This document shows positions 18,305 through 25,920 of a stretch of 64,000 bases of DNA, piece after piece; the stretch's first letter is position 1; each line of letters begins with the position of its first letter. Both the position numbers and the translations under genes were made by a program. Below the pieces are notes generated by a model. That model did not search any database, was not told the origin of the DNA, and saw only the letters and a program-made list of their open reading frames with translations. The DNA lies in assembly GCA_016282375.1 (NCBI GenBank), contig JAEEKI010000019.1, positions 79,186 to 143,185 on the forward strand. The letters are read 5' to 3'. Origin of the DNA: Bacillales bacterium. GTDB taxonomy: Bacteria > Bacillota_I > Bacilli_A > RF39 > UBA660.

Positions 18305-19666
18305 ATGATAAATATTAAAATAGATTCAAGACATGTTGTCCCTGGTGATACCTTCGTAGCTATCAAAGGGAGCATTGTCGATGGTCACAATTACATCGAA
18401 CAAGCAATTAAAAATGGTGCTACTAAAGTAATTGTTTCCAATAATAAAAAGTATTCCGTTGAAACGGTTAATGTAAAAGATACCGATAAGTATTTAAATG
18501 ACTATTTAGTAAAAACTTATTCACATCTTTTTAAGGATATCAAATTTGTGGGTATCACTGGAACAAATGGTAAAACTACAACTGGCTTTATGACTTATCA
18601 ACTACTTCGTAAAGTTGACGTCAAAGTAGCATATATAGGTACAATCGGTTTTTTTTATAATGATACTTTTGAAAAGACCCTTAATACAACCCCAGACATC
18701 TTGGCACTATATAACAATTTATTGACAGCCAAAGATAATGGTTGTACAGTCGTTATTCTTGAAGCAAGCAGTATTGGGCTTGTCGAAGGACGATTAAACG
18801 GGATTCAATTTGATGCTGCCGTTTTCACAAATTTAACACATGATCATTTAGATTATCACAAAAATATGCATGACTACATGGAAGCTAAACAAATATTATT
18901 TAATAATCTAAAACCAACTGGCACAGCTATTACTAATGTTGATGACAAATATGGCATTAACTTTGTAGGTCCCAATAATCTATCATATGGTTTTAAAGAA
19001 TCAGATATTCACTGTATTAAGCATGATAAAGTATTTAGAAATTTCACTTATCAATATAAAGGTGAAAAGTATGATATCTCTTCACCACTATTTGGTAGAT
19101 ATAATGTTTCAAATGTTCTAGCCTCTATTGGAATTCTTATTACACTAAATGTTGATTTAAAAGCGATTAGTAAATATTATTCATCTTTAAAAATTCCAAC
19201 TGGAAGAATTAATACCATTGACTATAAAACTAATAAAATTATTATTGATTATGCTCATACTCCAGATGGTATTAAACAAGTTTTATCAGCGGCTGTTCAT
19301 CTTACTACTGGAAAAACATATGTCATTTTTGGTTGCCCAGGCAACCGTGATAAAACCAAAAGACCAATCATGGGACGAATTGTTAATAAATATGCTGATT
19401 ATTTTATTATTACCGATGATGATCCACATTATGAAGAGGAAATGGATATTATTAATCAAATCACCAAAGGACTCGTATCTAATAAGTATGAAATAATAGT
19501 TGATCGTAAAAAAGCTATTCAAAAAGGACTATCGCTTTTAAAAGAAAATGATATTCTTCTTATTCTAGGTAAAGGCCATGAAAATGCCATTGTTATTAAG
19601 GATAAAGAAATACCTCATAATGATTTAGAATATGTCAATGAACTTATAGCTAAAGAAAACGCATAA
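18305..19666 (+). CDS. murE: Mur ligase, MurE family, paralogue 1 (DDPH variant of the specificity motif)
   Basis: Motifs GITGTNGKTTT, TNLTHDHLDYH, DYAHTPDG, GCPGNRDKTKRPIMG and GKGHE. The position-3 specificity motif reads TDDDPHYE. Start follows GGAAGGAAG. Confidence 0.85.
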   Translation: MINIKIDSRHVVPGDTFVAIKGSIVDGHNYIEQAIKNGATKVIVSNNKKYSVETVNVKDTDKYLNDYLVKTYSHLFKDIKFVGITGTNGKTTTGFMTYQLLRKVDVKVAYIGTIGFFYNDTFEKTLNTTPDILALYNNLLTAKDNGCTVVILEASSIGLVEGRLNGIQFDAAVFTNLTHDHLDYHKNMHDYMEAKQILFNNLKPTGTAITNVDDKYGINFVGPNNLSYGFKESDIHCIKHDKVFRNFTYQYKGEKYDISSPLFGRYNVSNVLASIGILITLNVDLKAISKYYSSLKIPTGRINTIDYKTNKIIIDYAHTPDGIKQVLSAAVHLTTGKTYVIFGCPGNRDKTKRPIMGRIVNKYADYFIITDDDPHYEEEMDIINQITKGLVSNKYEIIVDRKKAIQKGLSLLKENDILLILGKGHENAIVIKDKEIPHNDLEYVNELIAKENA

Positions 19667-19709
19667 ATTATTAAATAAAAAAATACCTTTTACTAAGAGG
19701 TGTTTTTTT

Positions 19710-21062
19710 ATGGAATATCAATCAGATTCTAAACTTATTCACAAAGGTGATATCTTTATTGCTCTGAAAGGCCAACACTTTGATGGACATCAATTCATCG
19801 AAGATGCTATTAACAATGGTGCTAGTCTCATCATTGGCGAAGAAAAGGTTCATTTACCAACTGTTAAATATAAAAAAGTTCGTTCGACCTTCCGTTATAT
19901 GACGAAAATCATAGGCAAAGAAAATAATAAATTAACTAAGGATTTCAAGATTATTGGTATAACCGGTACCAAAGGTAAAACCACTACAGCTATGATTGTT
20001 TATCAATTTTTAAGAAATTTAAATGTTAATGCGGCCTATATTGGTACGTTAGGTGTTTATTATCAAGAGATTCATTATGAATTGAACAATACTACGCCTG
20101 ATATTATTCATTTAAATAAGATTTTTCGAGAATTAAAACAAAATAATACTACACACATTGTCATGGAAGTTTCTTCGCATGCTCTAAGTCAAAATCGTAT
20201 CAAAGGTCTTTATTTTGAAACTGCAGCATTTACCAATTTTAGTCAAGATCATTTGGATTATCACCAAACTATGGATAATTATTTTAAAGCAAAATTAAAA
20301 ATACTTAAACATCTAGATGGTAATATTATTATTAATAGTGATGATGTCTCAAGTAAAAAAATAATTCATAAAACGAAAAACTATTTTTCTATCGGTAAAC
20401 ATGGTAACTTACAAATTATTGATTATAAACTATATCAGACTCACTCCCTGGTAACTTTTGAATATCATTATGATACTTATACTGTTTCTATTCCTTACGT
20501 AGGAAAACATAATATTTATAACTATATTATGGCTATTGCCATCCTCATCGATTTAGATTTTGATATTCTTGATTTAATCAATAAAACTAATTCTTTAAAA
20601 CCCATCAAAGGTCGCAATGAACTAATTAAATCAGAACACGGTTATATTGTTATCGATTATGCCCATAGTCCTGCTTCAGTTGAACAGACATTACAAACTT
20701 ATAATGAACTTAAAAAAGCCCGGATTGTCACTATCATCGGATGTGGTGGCAATCGTGATAAAACCAAAAGACCTATCATGGGCAAAATAGCCGTAGATAA
20801 TTCTGATTATGTTATATTTACTAGTGATAATCCTCGTGATGAAAATCCTCACCAAATTCTAAAAGACATAACTGAAAAATTAGAAACGAACAATTATGAA
20901 ATCATCGAAGATCGCAAAAAAGCCATAAAAAAAGGAGTTAAACTCCTTAAAAAGAACGATTATCTCTTAATTCTTGGTAAAGGTCATGAAAATTATCAGA
21001 TTATTCATAATACCAAATACCATTTTGATGACAAAGAGGAAGTTCTTAAATACTTAACGTGA
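19710..21062 (+). CDS. murE: Mur ligase, MurE family, paralogue 2 (canonical DNPR motif)
   Basis: Motifs GITGTKGKTTT, MEVSSHAL, TNFSQDHLDYH, GCGGNRDKTKRPIMG, SDNPRDE and GKGHE. AAGAGGTG RBS upstream. Confidence 0.85.
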   Translation: MEYQSDSKLIHKGDIFIALKGQHFDGHQFIEDAINNGASLIIGEEKVHLPTVKYKKVRSTFRYMTKIIGKENNKLTKDFKIIGITGTKGKTTTAMIVYQFLRNLNVNAAYIGTLGVYYQEIHYELNNTTPDIIHLNKIFRELKQNNTTHIVMEVSSHALSQNRIKGLYFETAAFTNFSQDHLDYHQTMDNYFKAKLKILKHLDGNIIINSDDVSSKKIIHKTKNYFSIGKHGNLQIIDYKLYQTHSLVTFEYHYDTYTVSIPYVGKHNIYNYIMAIAILIDLDFDILDLINKTNSLKPIKGRNELIKSEHGYIVIDYAHSPASVEQTLQTYNELKKARIVTIIGCGGNRDKTKRPIMGKIAVDNSDYVIFTSDNPRDENPHQILKDITEKLETNNYEIIEDRKKAIKKGVKLLKKNDYLLILGKGHENYQIIHNTKYHFDDKEEVLKYLT

Positions 21063-21650
21063 TTTCTCTACTACTTCGTAAATCATATTCCGAAGTTTTT
21101 CATTAGCCTTTTCCAAATCATCATCAGGACCAACTTTAAATGGTTCTAGGAAAGTACAAGTTAATTTGTTATTCCAAAATTTATACTTACCAGTAATGGC
21201 ATAAGGAACAATCGTTGCTCCAGTTTTTTGAGCCATTGATACGGCACCCATTTTAAATGGAAGTAAAACCGCATCTGTCTTATTACGAGTACCCTCTGGA
21301 AAAATTCCTAAACCCCATCCATTATTTAAGACTTCGAGAGCCTTTTCTTTAGCATCGCTATCATGAATGGAACGATTGACACTTATGCAACCGCTAGCTT
21401 TAAAAAACCATGCTTTTTTACCATCAAAATACTCTTTTTTAGCCATATAATGTAGCATTCTACGCGTAGATAAAATTGGTAAACATTGGTCATATAAATG
21501 GATATGATTTCCACATACTATAATTGGGCCATCTTTAGGAATAACCTTTTTGTTAATAATTTTGGGACGATAATAACTCATAAAAAGAATGCCCAATAGT
21601 GTTTTAAAAAAAGTATAACCTATTTTATGATCTTCTTTAACTCTTGCCAT
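21054..21650 (-). CDS. PlsC/LPLAT-family acyltransferase (short, 198 aa)
   Basis: Motifs NHIHLYD (HX4D) and FPEGTRN. The start overlaps the upstream ligase stop by 14 nt. Confidence 0.8.
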   Translation of the reverse strand: MARVKEDHKIGYTFFKTLLGILFMSYYRPKIINKKVIPKDGPIIVCGNHIHLYDQCLPILSTRRMLHYMAKKEYFDGKKAWFFKASGCISVNRSIHDSDAKEKALEVLNNGWGLGIFPEGTRNKTDAVLLPFKMGAVSMAQKTGATIVPYAITGKYKFWNNKLTCTFLEPFKVGPDDDLEKANEKLRNMIYEVVEKSR

Positions 21651-23397
21651 TATTCTTCTCCTTTTCTTGCTTTTTTCTTCTTTCTTTTTCCTCTTTTTCT
21701 AACTCTCGAAAAGCAACCTTTCCTACTAAAGTTTGAGGTAACTTATCACGGAATTCATATTCAGCAGGTAAAGAATAAATAGCTACATTCTTCGAAAGCA
21801 ATTCTTTAATCTCTTTTTCAATTGTTTTAGAGGCCTTATATCCTTGTTTTAATACGATAAAAGCTTTAGCAACTTGCCCTTTATAAGGATGAGGCACACC
21901 AATAACCGTCGAAGTCAAAACCGCATAATGAGTATTAATAATAGATTCCAAATATGTCGGATAAATGTTATATCCACTTGAAATAATAATTCGCTTAATT
22001 CTTTGTGAAAAATAAAACATTCCATCATCGGTCATATATCCCATATCGCCAGTATGTAGCCATAGTTTTCCATCTTCGTGATAACGTAAAGTTTGAATAG
22101 TCTCGACATCATCATTTAAATACCCCATCATAACAAGTGGTCCTGAAATACATATCTCACCATCAACACCATTTGGAGCTTGTTCAAAAGTACCAGGCAC
22201 AACTATTTTAATATATGTATCAGGGAACGGAATACCAATAATACCATCATCAAAACAATTTTCTAAGGAAAGACAGTTGGCCGCTGTTCCTTCGGTTAAC
22301 CCATAACCTACTCTAATTTTAGCCGAAGATCCATGACTTTCTAAAAATTCATTAACACGATTACGAAGCGAAGCATTTAAGGCATCTCCACCACATATAA
22401 CAGCTGTAACAGAGGAAAGTTCATTGGGACCAATCTTACTTTGTAAAAGAGCTTCATATAATGTTGGTACACCCGCTATAAAGTTAGGCTGATTTTTACG
22501 AATAATTTCACCAAACTTTTTATAACTAAATGAAGGAATTAAAACACATCCCATACCAATACATAACGGTGTATGAACACACACTCCTAAACCGAAACCA
22601 TGAAACAAAGGCAAAATAGAAAGAACTTTAGCACCAGGCTCTGCTTGTTTAATGACAGTTGTCGCCATCGTGCCAAGGGCATTAAAATTTAAGTTTGATA
22701 ATAATATTCCTTTCGGATTTCCCGTTGTTCCACCACTGTAAAGAATAACCGCTGGATCATAAGCGGTTCTCTTTTCGTGATATTCACCATGATAGCCTCT
22801 TGCACTTTTAACAAATTCTTCCCACATAACAACACTGTCATCATCTTTAGGAATTTTAATATGTCGGCCTTTCATCAACCAATAAATTCCTGCAAGGGCT
22901 ATGCCCATCTCTTCAGAGGCTCTAGCAACAATAATCTTCTTTAAGTTAGTACTATCTTTAATACGATATATTTTTTCAAAAACTTGATCAATAACTAAAA
23001 TATATTTACTTTCACAAGCATTAATAAAATATTCTAGTTCCTTTTCACCAGATAATGGATGAACCATATTACAAATTGCACCCACCATATTAACGGCATA
23101 AACCATGATAATACCTTCTGGTGTATTTGGCATACAAATAGTCACTTTATCATTCTCTTTAACGCCATAACTTTTTAAGGCTCTAGCTACAGTATTAATT
23201 CTTTCAACAAACTCAAAGTATGTTACTTTGCTTCCATAATAAGAATAAGCCATATTATCTGGCCATTTCTTAGCTGATTCAATGATCATATCAACCATTG
23301 AATAATCTGGATATTTTAAATTAGCATCATATCCATCATAATATTTTATCCAAGGCCTTAATTGTTTATCTAACTTCGCCTGTTTCGATTTTCTCAT
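21637..23397 (-). CDS. ANL-superfamily adenylating enzyme (fatty-acid--CoA ligase-like)
   Basis: Motifs YSGGTTGNPKG, GYGLTE and TGDMGYMTDDGMFYFSQRIKRII. ATG lies 8 nt after GGAGGG and overlaps the upstream gene end by 32 nt. Confidence 0.85.
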   Translation of the reverse strand: MRKSKQAKLDKQLRPWIKYYDGYDANLKYPDYSMVDMIIESAKKWPDNMAYSYYGSKVTYFEFVERINTVARALKSYGVKENDKVTICMPNTPEGIIMVYAVNMVGAICNMVHPLSGEKELEYFINACESKYILVIDQVFEKIYRIKDSTNLKKIIVARASEEMGIALAGIYWLMKGRHIKIPKDDDSVVMWEEFVKSARGYHGEYHEKRTAYDPAVILYSGGTTGNPKGILLSNLNFNALGTMATTVIKQAEPGAKVLSILPLFHGFGLGVCVHTPLCIGMGCVLIPSFSYKKFGEIIRKNQPNFIAGVPTLYEALLQSKIGPNELSSVTAVICGGDALNASLRNRVNEFLESHGSSAKIRVGYGLTEGTAANCLSLENCFDDGIIGIPFPDTYIKIVVPGTFEQAPNGVDGEICISGPLVMMGYLNDDVETIQTLRYHEDGKLWLHTGDMGYMTDDGMFYFSQRIKRIIISSGYNIYPTYLESIINTHYAVLTSTVIGVPHPYKGQVAKAFIVLKQGYKASKTIEKEIKELLSKNVAIYSLPAEYEFRDKLPQTLVGKVAFRELEKEEKERRKKQEKEKNNGKS

Positions 23398-24244
23398 CTG
23401 CACGTCCCTCCATTAATTCGGGATTATCAAATATATATTGAATAGTTTTAACTGATTTAGCAAAATAATAACCATCGGCTATTCTTTCATCTAGATTTAT
23501 ACCAAATTCGCAAATCTTTCTAATTTCTTTTTTACCATTTGGCATTAATACTTCTTCATCTTTCATTTCACCCATTGTAGCTAAAGTCGAACAAGCACCA
23601 AAATCAGTAATATTGTGAAAAATTGCTCCACAGTGAATTGCACCTAAATTAGATACAATAATACTACTATAATATAGATTGTCCTCGACTAATGACGCTG
23701 GTAAAACACCATGTCTATCAGCCCATTTTAAAGCCCCTATTAAAGGAACACGTATAATATTAGGAAATTTAGCTAAAAAGTCTATAGCACTATTTGCACC
23801 TTTTTTGTTAACGTCTTTAGAGTTACGTATTCCATCTACCTTGTCTTTAATTTTTTTACTAATAGTTTCTATATTATCCTCTGGATCAATTTTAATAAGA
23901 ATCATCATTTCTTCTGACTTGTCATCAAAGGCAATCTTAGCTACAAATGAAACAACAACATCATTATGTTCATACATATGACGATTAGCCACAAAATAAT
24001 TTAACTTAGGACGATTATATATTGTTTTACCAATAGCTGTAACGAAAGCATGGAACATAGTTATTTCCTTGCCTTCTGCTTTTTTATCAGAAACATATTT
24101 ATATAAATTAGTTAAATCCATTTTTTGATTTATATAAACATCACTTACGCTTCGATTAGGTTTCAAATCAATTGCAATTTGATTCATCCCTGGCATATCT
24201 ATTCTTCTGGCATCTTTACGATCCCCAAATTTTCTTTTTCCCAT
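23366..24244 (-). CDS. stand-alone 2-oxoacid-dehydrogenase-E2/CAT-fold acyltransferase-like protein (His-to-Glu variant)
   Basis: ~292 aa with no lipoyl or peripheral-subunit-binding domain. The C-terminal signature is INLDERIADGYYFAKS, where E2 enzymes have DHRxxDG. Confidence 0.6.
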   Translation of the reverse strand: MGKRKFGDRKDARRIDMPGMNQIAIDLKPNRSVSDVYINQKMDLTNLYKYVSDKKAEGKEITMFHAFVTAIGKTIYNRPKLNYFVANRHMYEHNDVVVSFVAKIAFDDKSEEMMILIKIDPEDNIETISKKIKDKVDGIRNSKDVNKKGANSAIDFLAKFPNIIRVPLIGALKWADRHGVLPASLVEDNLYYSSIIVSNLGAIHCGAIFHNITDFGACSTLATMGEMKDEEVLMPNGKKEIRKICEFGINLDERIADGYYFAKSVKTIQYIFDNPELMEGRADEKIETGEVR

Positions 24245-24370
24245 TATTGTTAATAACCTCACTTTTGTATAAATATATACATAAAAATCTTATCATAATT
24301 TGCAAATTTTCACAATAATTAATAATCTTATTGAAATTTAGCCATTTTATGTTATACTAATAACATGAAT

Positions 24371-24444
24371 GCAGGTGTAGTTTAATGGTAGAACCCTAGC
24401 CTTCCAAGCTAATGACGGGAGTTCGATTCTCCTCACCTGCTCCA
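24371..24444 (+). tRNA. tRNA-Gly (UCC)
   Basis: Cloverleaf read by hand: acceptor GCAGGTG/CACCTGC, D-loop AATGGTA, anticodon loop CTTCCAA, T-loop TTCGATT, U73, encoded CCA. Upstream promoter TTGAAA-16-TATACT (24331-24358). Confidence 0.9.
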
Positions 24445-24453
24445 TTAGAAATA

Positions 24454-24480
24454 AACATCGAATTATTCGATGTTTTTTAT
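24454..24480 (+). terminator. rho-independent terminator after tRNA-Gly
   Basis: Perfect 9-bp stem AACATCGAA/TTCGATGTT with a 3-nt loop and a T-run. Confidence 0.85.
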
Positions 24481-24553
24481 TTTAAAAAAAATAACACTTT
24501 ATTTGTATATTTAATCACAAATTATATAAATAATTGACAAAAACCAATGCTTT

Positions 24554-24627
24554 TTGACACAAAATGCACTGTTTTTATAAAATTCAGTGCATTTTGCGTT
24601 GACTAAAAAAATCAACTATAATATAAT
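24554..24627 (+). promoter_or_regulatory. Fic promoter region with a 15-bp inverted-repeat operator
   Basis: Inverted repeat ACACAAAATGCACTG (24557-24571) / CAGTGCATTTTGCGT (24585-24599), 14 of 15 complementary, 13-nt spacer. It abuts a consensus promoter TTGACT (24599-24604)-17-TATAAT (24622-24627). A second TTGACA-16-TATAAA lies at 24554-24581. Confidence 0.6.
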
Positions 24628-24649
24628 TTAAAAAGAAAGAGGTGATAAT

Positions 24650-25729
24650 ATGGAACCATTTAAACCATCAAAACTACCTATAGAATATAATATTGATAAG
24701 GAATTACTTAAATTAATTTCTGAAGCAAATGAAAAATACGGTGAATATAAATCTTTAATTAATACATTGGAATTTGATTCAAGATATTTTTTAGATTCTA
24801 TTTTGTTAAGTGAGAGTTTAAAATCAACTCAAATAGAAGGAACTCAAATTTCACAAGATGAATTATTTTATCTAAAATATTTACCTCAAACAGATGATAA
24901 TAAAGAAATACAAAACTTAAAAGATTCTATTGAATATGCGACTAAATATCTTACTAATAATCATAAAATAGATTTAAAACTAATTAATAATATGCACAAA
25001 ATTCTATTAAATAGTGTTAGAGGTAGTGAAAAAGAACCCGGAAAAATAAGAACTACCCAAAATTGGATAGGCGGAAAAGGTTCTACAATAGAAACAGCAA
25101 TTTTTATTCCACCTATTCCAGAAGATATTCCTTTTTATATTTCTAATTTGTTAGAATATATGAATGATTCTTATATTGATCCAATTTTTGTCAATCTTGC
25201 TATTTCACATTCACAATTTGAAACTATACATGCTTATAGAGATGGTAATGGACGTTTGGGAAGAACACTTATCCCAATTCAATTATCATTATTGAGTAAT
25301 AGCGAACCAATATTATTTTTATCGGAAGTTATTGAAATATACAAACCAAGTTATCATAAATTTTTAAATGAAAGTCGAAAAGGAAATATGCTTGGATATA
25401 TTAAATTCTTTTTGCAATGTGTAATTGAACAATGTAATAATTATATTGTAAAAATTAATTTAATAAAGAATATTTATAAAAAAGATATGGAAAAAATCAA
25501 GCAAATAAAAGGTAATTCTATTTATAGAATAATGCCTGTAATTATGAAGCAAATAATATTTACAAAAAAAGAAGTTGAAGAACAATCTGGTGTTTCACGA
25601 AATGTAGTTTCTAATATTATTGATCAGCTTGTTAAACTACAAATAATTGAACCAGATATGACATATGCAAAAAGAGCATTTAAATATTCTGAAATATATA
25701 ATGTTTTTGTTGGAAAAGATATGCTATAA
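24650..25729 (+). CDS. Fic-family protein (AMPylase-type), class II with intrinsic inhibitory motif, C-terminal wHTH-like region
   Basis: Fic motif HAYRDGNGRLGR. N-terminal inhibitory motif STQIEG, matching (S/T)xxxE(G/N). AGAGGTGA RBS upstream. Confidence 0.88.
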   Translation: MEPFKPSKLPIEYNIDKELLKLISEANEKYGEYKSLINTLEFDSRYFLDSILLSESLKSTQIEGTQISQDELFYLKYLPQTDDNKEIQNLKDSIEYATKYLTNNHKIDLKLINNMHKILLNSVRGSEKEPGKIRTTQNWIGGKGSTIETAIFIPPIPEDIPFYISNLLEYMNDSYIDPIFVNLAISHSQFETIHAYRDGNGRLGRTLIPIQLSLLSNSEPILFLSEVIEIYKPSYHKFLNESRKGNMLGYIKFFLQCVIEQCNNYIVKINLIKNIYKKDMEKIKQIKGNSIYRIMPVIMKQIIFTKKEVEEQSGVSRNVVSNIIDQLVKLQIIEPDMTYAKRAFKYSEIYNVFVGKDML

Positions 25730-25819
25730 TTATAGTAAATTAAGTTTTATCTCATTTTTCATATGGATAGTAAACAATATTTCGTAAACGAGATACACAA
25801 TTGCTCCATTTAAAAATAT

Positions 25820-25853
25820 GTTACGGTACAATGTATCGTAACTTTTTATTTTT
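25820..25853 (+). terminator. rho-independent terminator of the Fic gene
   Basis: 10-bp stem GTTACGGTAC/GTATCGTAAC (one G-U pair), a 3-nt loop, then TTTTTATTTTT. Confidence 0.8.
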
Positions 25854-25920
25854 AATATAAAACTCACTTGTCGTATCCATTCATAAAGGATATAATTATT
25901 ATATAAATATGGTGGTCCCT

